In this document: positions 1 through 8,832 of the stretch, piece after piece
Layout: each line of letters begins with the position of its first letter
Numbering within the stretch: position 1 is the stretch's first letter
NCBI GenBank assembly: GCA_965248195.1
Contig: CBDFIQ010000002.1
Coordinates: forward strand, 1,408,001-1,472,000
Direction: 5' to 3'
Length of the DNA: 64,000 nt
From: Longimicrobiales bacterium
GTDB lineage: Bacteria; Gemmatimonadota; Gemmatimonadetes; Longimicrobiales; Gaopeijiaceae
Notes under the pieces: generated by a model
The model's input: only the letters and a program-made list of their open reading frames with translations
What the model was told of the DNA's origin: nothing
Databases searched by the model: none
Translations under genes and position numbers: made by a program

Positions 1-551
1 TCCTCCCTCCCGACGCCACCCGCGCACACGACGGGTAGCCCGAGGTCGCCGACGTCGTCCAGGAGAGCCCGGACATCGAGAGGGCCTGGATGTCCACCGG
101 CCCGGCTGTTTACGGCGATGAGACCATGGACTCCACAGTCGACCCCTTTTTGCGCCCACTTACGCTCGGTCACGTCATGATATACGCGACCGCCCAGCGG
201 CTCGACCCGTTGAACCACCCAGTCCGGCTTGCCCAGTGAGGTCACGAAGAAGCGCACACCCTCCTCGAGCGCAGTGTCGATCCACTCCTCCATGCGGCGC
301 CGGTACAGCTTCGAGGACTGCTCGATGAGTGCGTTCATCCCGATCGGGCGGTCGGTGAGCGAACGGATCTTGCGGATGCCTGACCGGAAAGTGTACCCGT
401 GCACGAATGTGAGAGAGATCGGCTGGAGGACTCCAAGCCCGCCCGCTTGTGAGGCGGCCGCGACGAGCTCCGGGTTGGAACAGGGGTACATGGCGCCACA
501 GACGATGGGAATGCCGATTCCCGCGTCTACGGTCAGGGGTGTTTCCGTCAC
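1..551 (-). CDS. Nitronate monooxygenase / 2-nitropropane dioxygenase-like flavoprotein (partial, runs off window start)
   Basis: Not in ORF track. Manual translation from GTG at 551, overlapping the stop of the upstream gene: [40 protein letters not shown]...[12 protein letters not shown]...PVVCAGGVG, with family-typical AGGH and AGG motifs. Confidence 0.85.
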   Translation of the reverse strand, partial: MTETPLTVDAGIGIPIVCGAMYPCSNPELVAAASQAGGLGVLQPISLTFVHGYTFRSGIRKIRSLTDRPIGMNALIEQSSKLYRRRMEEWIDTALEEGVRFFVTSLGKPDWVVQRVEPLGGRVYHDVTERKWAQKGVDCGVHGLIAVNSRAGGHPGPLDVRALLDDVGDLGLPVVCAGGVGRE

Positions 552-1030
552 GGTTTGGGTCCCAGCCGCCACAATACCACCACGCGGGCGACGACCTCTC
601 CAGTTTGATCCCGGATTTCGGACGTGACCGTGTAGTCGGTAGGCTCCAATACGGCGGGGGGATCACAGGTGCATTCGGCGATGAGCCGGCCGCGGGCCTT
701 CTTCACGAACTCCGTTGAAATTTTGGTCACGATGCCGCGGACGGTGGGCGGTTGGGCCAAGAGCATCGCGAGACCGCTCGTCAACTCGCCGAGATTGACG
801 AGCGCTACGGCGTGCACGGACCGAAGATGGTTGCGAAGCCGGCGGCGATCTCGAAGGGACAGGCGGGCGTACCCAGGCTCCAGCGCTTCGACACGCACGC
901 CGATGGTGCTGCTGTACGGGACCCTGAAACCCAGGACCTTGCTGAACGCCCACTTTCCGCCCGGGATGCCGGAAAGCCGCTTCCACCACCGCCCGAGAGA
1001 TGTCCCTGGTGATTCGGCAGATCCATCCAT
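548..1030 (-). CDS. Hotdog-fold thioesterase (PaaI/DUF4442-like)
   Basis: [16 protein letters not shown] and EFVKKARG motifs; GTGA overlap with the downstream gene. Confidence 0.85.
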   Translation of the reverse strand: MDGSAESPGTSLGRWWKRLSGIPGGKWAFSKVLGFRVPYSSTIGVRVEALEPGYARLSLRDRRRLRNHLRSVHAVALVNLGELTSGLAMLLAQPPTVRGIVTKISTEFVKKARGRLIAECTCDPPAVLEPTDYTVTSEIRDQTGEVVARVVVLWRLGPKP

Positions 1031-1256
1031 GTTGTGATGTGCTCCCCCGAGCTACGGGGCTTCAGGCCCCGGAGCGGTGTTCGATGGGCCGGTACCCAGC
1101 GACGGCTCGATGCCGCACGGCCAAGATACCGGGTCGGCACGACTCCCGTCACTCTGCGGTCGTCACGCACAGATCCAATGGTGGACGGTCGGGTATCCTT
1201 GGAGGAGCCCGGTGGCGCGAACTCACGACTCGGCGGCACCGCCGAACGCATGTTTC

Positions 1257-1295
1257 GGACGCACGATGTGGACGCACCCTGCGGACGCACCCTGC
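1257..1295. repeat. 13-bp tandem repeat ggacgcaccctgc (2 exact copies plus 1 degenerate)
   Basis: Read directly in the intergenic sequence. Confidence 0.7.
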
Positions 1296-1336
1296 GGGAG
1301 TGGCCCAGCACTCAGATCTGGAGAGCGGAGGAGCCG

Positions 1337-1636
1337 ATGCTGGAAGGGATTCTAGGTTCGCTCGTTTGGGTCGTGGCCAACTTCGCCTACGGCTCCTATC
1401 TCCGCGACGGCGAGCGGGGCTTTAAGCGCCTTGCCGCTTTCGTGCTCGGATTCCCTCTGACACTCTGTGCGGGCTTTTTCATTCCGCGAAGGAGGAGCAT
1501 CATGAAATCCAGACGAGATGAGTTTGAAGAGGACCGGGAGCTCCTCATGGAAATTCGGCGCGATCGGGCTCGTAGACTCTCTGGGGGTCAGGGCGCGGAC
1601 GAGGGAGCGGACGTGGCCAGGGACGAGGAGGCCTGA
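1337..1636 (+). CDS. Small membrane protein (two hydrophobic segments, charged tail)
   Basis: ATG at 1337 after GGAGGA; MLEGILGSLVWVVANFAY...RLAAFVLGFPLTLCAGFFIP. The longer ORF from 1034 is probably an over-extension. Confidence 0.65.
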   Translation: MLEGILGSLVWVVANFAYGSYLRDGERGFKRLAAFVLGFPLTLCAGFFIPRRRSIMKSRRDEFEEDRELLMEIRRDRARRLSGGQGADEGADVARDEEA

Positions 1637-1680
1637 CCCGTCTCGCAGGACAGGCGGGGAAAATGTATTATTCTACCATC

Positions 1681-1720
1681 CCGCGCCGGACCCCTCCGGG
1701 GCCCGGCGCGGTTCTTATTT
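1681..1720 (+). terminator. GC-rich hairpin followed by T-rich tract upstream of the MATE gene
   Basis: ccgcgccggaccc...ggggcccggcgcgg followed by ttcttattt. Confidence 0.4.
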
Positions 1721-1737
1721 GTGTACTCCAATGATCA

Positions 1738-3105
1738 TTGGCGCTGATGCACGTTGTCCGTCAGATGGTTCCGTCGAGGGACCACATCACCTCGCTGCTC
1801 CGCTTGGCGTTGCCCGTGGCCACCGTCCAAGTGGGTTTCATCTTCATGGGGGCGGTGGATACGGTCATGGTGGGGCACGTGTCACCGAGGGATCTTGCCG
1901 CGGTAGCGCTCGGGAACCTCTACTTTTTCATGACGACGAGCTTCGGGTTGGGCACGTTGTTCGCATTGGATCCCCTCGTTTCTCAGGCCTTTGGCGCCGG
2001 CGACCGTGCTGGGATCGCGCGCGCGTTTCAACGAGGCTTCGTGATCGCGGTCGGCTTGGCGGTCTTCAGTTCGCTCCTTCTGACGCCGGGACGTCCGTTG
2101 CTGACGTTCCTCCGCCAACCGGCGGACGTGATTCCGGTGGCGGCCGACTACGCGTTGGTATCCATACCAGGCGTGCTGCCCTTCTTCTGTTTCGTCGTTT
2201 TGCGCCAAGGTCTCCAATCGATGGGTCGGGTGGGGCCGATCGTTGTTGTGATCCTTCTGGCGAACGCCGCCAACGTCTTCTTCAACTGGGTGCTCATCTT
2301 CGGGAACTTGGGCGCTCCCGCGATGGGAGCGGTTGGATCCGGCTGGGCGACGACGCTCAGCCGATGGTTCATGCTCCTTACCTTGGTGGCGATCGCTTGG
2401 CCGCTTCTTCGACCCTATGTGCGGCCGCTCCGGGGCGATGCGCTGGACATCGAGCCCCTCCTACGGATGGGCCGGCTCGGGATTCCCATCGGGATTCAGT
2501 TCTTTCTCGAGTTCGGAGTCTTCGGTGTCATCGGGATTCTGATGGGGTTCCTCGGGACCATACCTATGGCGAGCCATCAGGTGGCGATCAACTTGGCGAG
2601 CGTAACCTTCATGATGGCGGTTGGTGTGACCCAAGCGACCACGGTCCTCGTGGGGCAGGCGGTGGGTGCCGGAGACCCTGCGCGGGCGAGGCGTTCGGCC
2701 GGGGCGGGGTTGCTGATCGCCGTTACGCTGATGGCGTTGAACGGAGCCATCTTCCTGTCGATTCCGGGGCTCTTGGCGCGCCTCTACACGCCGGACGTGG
2801 AAGTGTGGGGGCTCGCCGCTACGCTCATCCCGGTCGCTGGAATTTTCCAAATCTTCGACGGACTCCAAGCCGTCGGGTCGGGCGTTCTCAGGGGAGTCGG
2901 CGATACCCTTGCTCCGATGATCGTCAACCTGGTCGGCTTCTGGCTGATCGGGCTGCCCATCAGCCTTTACCTGGCCTTTCCAGGAGGGCTTGGGCCGCTG
3001 GGGCTGTGGTGGGGGATGGCGGCGGGGCTGGCAGCGGTGGCGCTTTTTCTCCTCATCCGGGTGCGCATCCGCTTCGGAAGAGATCTGACGCGCATCGCGC
3101 TCTAG
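1738..3105 (+). CDS. MATE family efflux transporter (NorM-like)
   Basis: About 12 hydrophobic segments; DTVMVGH, SQAFGAGD, GQAVGAGD, FQIFDGLQ and GVLRGVGD motifs. Start may be 1747 or 1765. Confidence 0.93.
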   Translation: MALMHVVRQMVPSRDHITSLLRLALPVATVQVGFIFMGAVDTVMVGHVSPRDLAAVALGNLYFFMTTSFGLGTLFALDPLVSQAFGAGDRAGIARAFQRGFVIAVGLAVFSSLLLTPGRPLLTFLRQPADVIPVAADYALVSIPGVLPFFCFVVLRQGLQSMGRVGPIVVVILLANAANVFFNWVLIFGNLGAPAMGAVGSGWATTLSRWFMLLTLVAIAWPLLRPYVRPLRGDALDIEPLLRMGRLGIPIGIQFFLEFGVFGVIGILMGFLGTIPMASHQVAINLASVTFMMAVGVTQATTVLVGQAVGAGDPARARRSAGAGLLIAVTLMALNGAIFLSIPGLLARLYTPDVEVWGLAATLIPVAGIFQIFDGLQAVGSGVLRGVGDTLAPMIVNLVGFWLIGLPISLYLAFPGGLGPLGLWWGMAAGLAAVALFLLIRVRIRFGRDLTRIAL

Positions 3106-3135
3106 GAGTTCGGGCCGCGGAGCGGTCCGGTTCCG

Positions 3136-5685
3136 TCAGGAGTTTTCGTCCGAGTCGGTCGGGTCGGGGGCGATCGAAGTGATCGAAACCGGTGGTTCCT
3201 CGTCCTCGGCGAGCGAGCCCAGGAGGAGCGAAGCGATCGAAGCCGGTGGCTCCTCGATTTCAGGGAGCGGGTCCGGGGTGATGGAAGCCGATGGCTCCTG
3301 GATCTCCGGGAGCGGGTCTGGAGCGATGGAAGCCGGTGGCTCCTCGATTTCCGGGAGCGGGTCCAGGGCGATGGCAGCCGGTGGCTCCTCGATTTCCGGG
3401 AGCGTGTCCGGAGCGATGGAAGCGGATGGCTCCTCGATTTCCAGGAGCGGGTCCGGAGCGATGGAAGCGGATGGCTCCTCGATCTCCGGGAGCGGGTCCA
3501 GGGCGATCGAAGCCGATGGCTCCTCGATCTCCGGGAGCGGGTACGGGGCGATCGAAGCGGATGGCTCCTCGATTCCCGGGAGCGGGTCCGGGGCGATGGA
3601 AGCGATCCAATCCGCGGTGTGCTCCGCCGCCTCGAAGGGGTCCCTGGCGATCGGCTTCTTCTTGACTAGGGCAGATGACACCGACGATCCCCGCCATCCG
3701 CCCAGCACATTGATCAGCTCCTCGGTGTTTCTCGTGCGGAAGAAATAGGCTCTTCCCTTGGTTGGCCGTATGTAGATTCCCGGACCGACCAGGCCAAACG
3801 CGAGCGGCACGCACTGGAACACGTCCTTCCTGAACCAAACCTGCCGAACTCGGCGCGTGGTAAGCTCTAACAAGTCGTCGGGCTTTATGATGCGAGACCG
3901 ATAGGCTAGGAACTTGATGCGGAGGTGGTCCGGAAACACGATAATCTTACGAGGAAACAGTGAGAGATAGAGGATGAAGAGCACGACGGCAGCGATGAGC
4001 ATGGCTCCATAAAACACGAGTTGGGCACCGTAATGGTCGATGGTCACGACGTAGGCGAGCGCCAAGGACTGGGCGGCGAACACGATCAGCCGACCAACGA
4101 TCAATCCGACACCGCCGAAGCCGACCACCGCGGCGATCAGAAGCGGAACGGGCATACGGAACCGCGCCACATAAAGGATTCCAGGCATCGTCAACGGCCG
4201 CGTGAGTGCCCAGGCGACCGCCCGAAGCGTGAGGAACACAAGCAGGAGGGCTGCCGCGGCGAAAATCAATTGGCTCATTGGCTGCACCCGAACGAGTGTG
4301 GTGACTTCTCGTTCGGGTACGAAAGTGCGGGCGGCGAACGTCGCCACCTCATCCTGGGTCACACCCGCGAAAAAGGAGAGCAGATCCGGGAAGTCCGTGT
4401 GCTTGGAGGGGTCGTAGAAGTTGCGGAGTACCCAGAAATTCAGGGCTTGCGCCGTCGAGTTTTCCCCCCGGAGCCGTTCGACGAGAGCCGTTCGGTCCGC
4501 CTCGAATTCCTCGGGTGGCAGCGTCCCCTGCCCGAGTGCTGCGATTTCCTCCCGGATGATCGCGTGGGCGAAGTCGTATTCGTTCTCCGCGATGGAGCCC
4601 TGAATCTGCAGGAACCCCCCGGGGCCCCTCTGCGTCGTGCTGACCTGCAATCCGTATACTGCTTTCTGTTCTCCGTATCGAAGGCGTTGATTCAAACGGC
4701 GCGTCAACAGATCCCGAATGAACAGGACCATCAAATCATCCTCGGCATCGCTGTCGAAGAGCTTGTGCCGCGCCGTGTACCGCACGTTGGGGCCAAAGCC
4801 CCAGTAGGAGGCGGCCCGCCCTCGGTCGGGGTCTTCCACGGCCATGGCCCTGGCGGGCACGGGTCTCTTGTCCAGGGACCCCAACGTGCGCTCTGCGATC
4901 TCCAGGATCTCGCTTCGGTCCAGGTCTCCGATTACCGTGAGCGTCATTGCCTCCGGCACGTAGTAGCGGTCGTAAAAATCGGCGACGTCCTCCGGGGTGA
5001 TGCGTTGGAGGCTGGCCCAGCGGTCGTACTGGCGGGCATCTCGGGTTCTCATGCGGAACTCGCGTCGCCAAAAATCACGGGGTAGAAGCCAGGAAGGGTT
5101 GAGCAGCGCCCAGACGCTCTCGAGGAACTGACGCGGCTGTGCGTTGATCTCCACTGCCACCGGAAGGCGGTTCCTCTCCACTACGTCGGCGTCCATCACA
5201 TGCGGGGACACGACCCGAGACAGCCATTCCAGGGCGAACTCCCCGTGCTCCTTCGAGATGGTCACGTAATACCACGTATGGTCCGGGGTCGTGAATCCGT
5301 TGTGTCGGCCGCCGAGGCCGTCGATCGCGTCCTTGATTTCCTGCTCGGTCCGTCCATCGTGATCGGAAAACAGGACGTGCTCCGTCAGGTGCGCGAGCTC
5401 CTCCTTGCCGCGAGGATCCGAATCCCATCCGTACGGCACACCGACGCTGATAGCGACGTTAGGGGCCTCCGGGAGTCGCTTGAACCAAACTCTCAGTCCG
5501 TTCGACAGGTAGTAGGTTTCGAATCCGGAGAAGGGGTTCGCCTTCATCTCGCTCGCTGAAGGGGCCGCCGAAGGCAGGGTCTGTGACCAGACGCCCCGCG
5601 GCACAACCGACCCGATTAGGACCAGCCCGAAGAGGGCCGGAAACTGGAGAATGCCGGGCCTGATCCCTGGAACGATATGTGACAT
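3136..5685 (-). CDS. M16 (insulinase) family zinc peptidase with C-terminal transmembrane segments and acidic repeat tail
   Basis: Signal-like N-terminus; HLTEH (HxxEH) motif, NGFT, LRYGEQKAVYG; three hydrophobic helices after the catalytic halves. Confidence 0.85.
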   Translation of the reverse strand: MSHIVPGIRPGILQFPALFGLVLIGSVVPRGVWSQTLPSAAPSASEMKANPFSGFETYYLSNGLRVWFKRLPEAPNVAISVGVPYGWDSDPRGKEELAHLTEHVLFSDHDGRTEQEIKDAIDGLGGRHNGFTTPDHTWYYVTISKEHGEFALEWLSRVVSPHVMDADVVERNRLPVAVEINAQPRQFLESVWALLNPSWLLPRDFWRREFRMRTRDARQYDRWASLQRITPEDVADFYDRYYVPEAMTLTVIGDLDRSEILEIAERTLGSLDKRPVPARAMAVEDPDRGRAASYWGFGPNVRYTARHKLFDSDAEDDLMVLFIRDLLTRRLNQRLRYGEQKAVYGLQVSTTQRGPGGFLQIQGSIAENEYDFAHAIIREEIAALGQGTLPPEEFEADRTALVERLRGENSTAQALNFWVLRNFYDPSKHTDFPDLLSFFAGVTQDEVATFAARTFVPEREVTTLVRVQPMSQLIFAAAALLLVFLTLRAVAWALTRPLTMPGILYVARFRMPVPLLIAAVVGFGGVGLIVGRLIVFAAQSLALAYVVTIDHYGAQLVFYGAMLIAAVVLFILYLSLFPRKIIVFPDHLRIKFLAYRSRIIKPDDLLELTTRRVRQVWFRKDVFQCVPLAFGLVGPGIYIRPTKGRAYFFRTRNTEELINVLGGWRGSSVSSALVKKKPIARDPFEAAEHTADWIASIAPDPLPGIEEPSASIAPYPLPEIEEPSASIALDPLPEIEEPSASIAPDPLLEIEEPSASIAPDTLPEIEEPPAAIALDPLPEIEEPPASIAPDPLPEIQEPSASITPDPLPEIEEPPASIASLLLGSLAEDEEPPVSITSIAPDPTDSDENS
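3241..3600 (-). repeat. 8 x 45-bp in-frame tandem repeat encoding SIAPDPLPEIEEP(S/P)A
   Basis: Eight near-identical 45-bp units, first 3241-3285 and last 3556-3600. Confidence 0.95.
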
Positions 5686-5844
5686 GGTCCTCTCTCCAAC
5701 CGGACGCGGAATCGGCACCGTGGTCCGCCTCACGGTTGCCGGCCGAGCGGCACGGGTTCAACTTTCGCCGCAGCTCGCTCGTGCAAACGGCGCAACGCTC
5801 CTACTACGACACTAATACCACGACCGCGTCCAGCCTACGTTTCC

Positions 5845-6405
5845 ATGTCCTTTCAATTCGAGCCTCTCGCGATCCCAGACGTGATCCGGATCACTCCGGC
5901 TCTGCACGGTGATCACCGGGGCTTCTTCTCGGAGACCTACCGTGCCTCCGCGTTCGAGGGGGCGGGGATCAGGGACGTCTTCCTTCAGGACAATCATGCC
6001 CGCTCAACCCGCGGAGTGCTGCGCGGGCTACACTACCAGGCGCCCCCGCGTCCGCAGGCGAAACTAGTCCGAGTCGTCCAGGGAGACGTATTCGACGTCG
6101 CGGTGGACCTCCGTGTGGGCTCTCCCACGTTTGGCCAGTGGGCTGGTGGGGCTCTCTCTGGGGAGGATGGGGTGATCCTTTACATTCCCGAGGGCTTCGC
6201 CCACGGATACGTATGCCTCAGTGAGCGTGCCGACTTGGTTTATAAGGTCTCGAACGAGTTCGACGCTGGGCTCGATCGGGGGATCTTTTGGGATGATCCG
6301 GTGATCGGGATTCCGTGGCCCGTGGAGAATCCTACTCTGTCCGAAAGGGACCTCTCGCTGCCCAGCCTCGATTCGGTGATCAGCCCGTTCCAATTCCGGC
6401 AGTGA
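5845..6405 (+). CDS. rfbC: dTDP-4-dehydrorhamnose 3,5-epimerase
   Basis: DHRGFFSETY, QDNHARS, GVLRGLHYQ, DVAVDLRVGSPTFG and GFAHGY motifs. Confidence 0.95.
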   Translation: MSFQFEPLAIPDVIRITPALHGDHRGFFSETYRASAFEGAGIRDVFLQDNHARSTRGVLRGLHYQAPPRPQAKLVRVVQGDVFDVAVDLRVGSPTFGQWAGGALSGEDGVILYIPEGFAHGYVCLSERADLVYKVSNEFDAGLDRGIFWDDPVIGIPWPVENPTLSERDLSLPSLDSVISPFQFRQ

Positions 6406-7133
6406 GGGAGCGACATATTCGGGTCGCCCGAACGGCGCGTTACTACACCCTCGGGCCGGCCGGCACGAGTCTCCGAGAAGTATGGCTCGTATGTCATGGA
6501 TACCGGCAGCTGGCGCGGCGTTTTCTAACTCGATTCGCCGACCTGGACGATGGAACGCGACTGATCGTGGCGCCCGAGGGCCTCTCCCGCTTTTACCTCC
6601 ACGACCCTGCGTCCGGCCACGGTAAGGAAGTCCCGATCGGCGCCACGTGGATGACGAGAGAAGACCGCGAGAACGAGATCACGGACTATGTGGGGTTTCT
6701 CGATGGAGTTCTGGACGAGGTTCTGGACGAGGTCCTGGACGAGGTTCTAGACGAGGTTCTAGACGAGGTTCCGGACGAGGTATCCGCGGAGTCGGGTGGA
6801 GCGATCGCGCGCCTCACGGTGTTGGGGTTTTCACAGGGTGCCCACACCGTGTGTCGGTGGGTGGCGGCGGGAGAGGCCGCCATCGAACGGATCATCCTTT
6901 GGGGAGCGTATCTTCCCGACGACTTGGATCTGGACCGCGGGCCCGAGCGGTTGGGATCGGCCGAACTCATCCTGGTACGGGGGCTTCTCGATTCCTTCAT
7001 CTCTGACGAGGCCCACGCCTCTCAAGAGAAAAGACTGGAAGATCTAGGAATCCCTTTCGAGACGATTACACATCCCGGAGGCCACGAAATCGATACGGTC
7101 CTGCTTCGGCAGATCGCGGGCGTGACGGATTAG
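6402..7133 (+). CDS. Alpha/beta hydrolase (phospholipase/carboxylesterase family)
   Basis: GTG start overlapping the rfbC stop; CHGY, GFSQG nucleophile elbow, GGH. Confidence 0.85.
   Translation: MRERHIRVARTARYYTLGPAGTSLREVWLVCHGYRQLARRFLTRFADLDDGTRLIVAPEGLSRFYLHDPASGHGKEVPIGATWMTREDRENEITDYVGFLDGVLDEVLDEVLDEVLDEVLDEVPDEVSAESGGAIARLTVLGFSQGAHTVCRWVAAGEAAIERIILWGAYLPDDLDLDRGPERLGSAELILVRGLLDSFISDEAHASQEKRLEDLGIPFETITHPGGHEIDTVLLRQIAGVTD
6708..6779 (+). repeat. 6 x 12-bp in-frame tandem repeat (gttctggacgag, VLDE) inside the esterase
   Basis: Read directly; protein reads VLDEVLDEVLDEVLDEVLDEVPDE. Confidence 0.95.
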
Positions 7134-7538
7134 AAGGCTGTTGAAGGAGTACAGCGGGTCGCGCACAGGGCGCTTGTGCGCGTTCGGACAACGTCGCGGA
7201 CGTGATGTTCGGCGATGGACATTGGTTTCCGCGGCACCTGAGCCGAAGGCGAAGAACGAACGACGACGAGGCGTAGCAACGCTACGGTGAGGAGGAGAGA
7301 CGCAGGATCAACCGCACAACCGCCCTGTGCCTCCACCATTTAGGGCATGACCTTGCATGTTTGTGGGTTGTGGTGGCACGGCCCCGACCACGCTGCGCGT
7401 GGTGCCCCCGTTGTTGGAGTTCCTCGCCATTGCTACGGCTATGGCGTCGTCGCTCCGCCTAGGAGCTAGGACCGTGGCATCCCGGGTACCCGTGCCGTGG
7501 CACGGGTGGCGGCCCACTGTACTCCTTCAACAGCCTTC
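7133..7538. mobile_element. Putative MITE (non-autonomous element) with 22-bp perfect terminal inverted repeats
   Basis: gaaggctgttgaaggagtacag at 7133-7154 and its exact reverse complement at 7517-7538, extending imperfectly to about 30 bp; fills the gap between two convergent stop codons; no credible ORF inside. Confidence 0.7.
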
Positions 7539-7542
7539 AAGG

Positions 7543-8487
7543 TCAGAATTCCCCAACGAACGTGATCTCCGGCACGAGCTCGTATCCGAGCTCGTCGGCG
7601 ACTCGTCTCTGAGCGAGGTCGATCAGAGCCCGGACCTCCGAGGCAGTCGCATTCCCCCGGTTTACGATGATGTTGGCGTGCTGCGAGAAGATCTGGGCGC
7701 CGCCCTCAGTGTGCCCCTTGAGGCCGCACTGGTCGATGAGCCGCCCGGCGCCGATCCCGTCGATTTTCTTGAAGATCGAGCCCACGCTAGGCAACACGGT
7801 CAGGTCCGGATGGCGGTCCTTGCGCCAGGTCAAGTTTTCTTCCATCACTCGACGCAGTTCCTCGGGGGGAGCAGGGGTCAACTTGAAGTCCACCGTGAGG
7901 ACGACGTCATCCCTCTCGTGCAGGATGCTGTAGTCGTAGCCGAACCTGAAGTATTCCCGATCCACCGTGCGCCGCTCTCCCTCCTGTGAGAGGATCTCGG
8001 CGGACTCGACCACCTCCTCCATGAAGACCGTGCGGGCTCTCTCAGGTGCCGGTGACAGAAAGTGCAGGTTCTGCCACATGGCCCCGCCGACGGTGCTCGG
8101 GATCCCGACGAAGTGATGCAGGCCTCCGAGTCCGCGGGATACGGTGGCCTCGATGAGGTCGGGATGAGTCTCCACGCCTGCACCGGCGCGGACCCGGCCG
8201 TCGTCGAAAAAGTCGGTGCCGCCCACCTCGGAGCGGATTATCAATCCGCGAAATCCTCGGTCCCCGAAGAGCACGTTGGCACCCTTGCCGAGCAGGAAAT
8301 GTGGGATGCCGAGGTCCCGGGCCACCAGGATCGACTCTGCCAGCTCGTCCGGCGACCGGGCGTGAAAGAGCCGGTCGGCCGGGCCTCCGATGCGAAACGT
8401 AGTCAGCGGCGCGAGTGGCGCATCGACCTCCATCTTGCTTGAATCGAGGCGCTGATCGAGCTCGAGAAGGGTTTCCTCGGTGACCAT
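7543..8487 (-). CDS. murB: UDP-N-acetylenolpyruvoylglucosamine reductase
   Basis: TTFRIGGPA, GKGANVL, GIPSTVGGA, PSVGSIFK, HANIIVNRG and LVPEI motifs. Confidence 0.93.
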   Translation of the reverse strand: MVTEETLLELDQRLDSSKMEVDAPLAPLTTFRIGGPADRLFHARSPDELAESILVARDLGIPHFLLGKGANVLFGDRGFRGLIIRSEVGGTDFFDDGRVRAGAGVETHPDLIEATVSRGLGGLHHFVGIPSTVGGAMWQNLHFLSPAPERARTVFMEEVVESAEILSQEGERRTVDREYFRFGYDYSILHERDDVVLTVDFKLTPAPPEELRRVMEENLTWRKDRHPDLTVLPSVGSIFKKIDGIGAGRLIDQCGLKGHTEGGAQIFSQHANIIVNRGNATASEVRALIDLAQRRVADELGYELVPEITFVGEF

Positions 8488-8628
8488 CGTCCTGGACTCG
8501 CTCCGGTTGGGGTCGGTATGCCGCGCCAAGATAGAAGCCTCGAAGGGTTGCAGGAAGCGTGCCTCGTCGAAACCGGCGTTCGAGTGCCTCCGTAGGGATC
8601 AACGCCCGGCAAAGAGGCCAGGCGGCGG

Positions 8629-8667
8629 GTGTCCGATATTGGGATTCGAGGTCCCGAAGGTGGGCAC
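8629..8667. promoter_or_regulatory. Tandem palindromic sites, putative enhancer for an NtrC-family activator
   Basis: gtgtccgatattgggatt (8629-8646) and gtcccgaaggtgggcac (8651-8667); near-identical to the perfect palindrome at 12571-12589. Confidence 0.55.
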
Positions 8668-8742
8668 CTGGCAGGGGCACGGACGAGACAACGAACGGTG
8701 TAACCATAATAGGAATAAAGGTTTAGGGTGACATTTAGTTCT

Positions 8743-8758
8743 TGGCACGAACCTTTCT
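8743..8758 (+). promoter_or_regulatory. Putative sigma-54 (-24/-12) promoter of the TolC operon
   Basis: TGGCACG-aacc-TTTCT versus consensus TGGCACG-N4-TTGCW (one mismatch at -12); preceded by an AT-rich spacer and palindromic sites. Confidence 0.55.
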
Positions 8759-8832
8759 TGATGAGTGGTCATGAAAGGGTGACGCGAACGAACTCGTGGG
8801 TGATGCGAACGCTGGACTGGGAGGAACGGCAC

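Noticed and set aside
175..718. ORF-track calls at the window start
   Set aside because: The real gene is the minus-strand nitronate monooxygenase from 551 running off the edge.
1518..3182. 554-aa ORF overlapping the MATE gene
   Set aside because: Arg/Gly-rich off-frame shadow typical of high-GC DNA; the MATE frame carries the family motifs.
3179..3838. Repetitive ORFs on other frames over the 45-bp repeat
   Set aside because: Shadows of the M16 peptidase repeat; the unit length is a multiple of 3 so several frames stay open.
5845..6405. Rhamnose or O-antigen cluster
   Set aside because: Only rfbC is present; no rfbA, rfbB, rfbD or glycosyltransferases adjacent.
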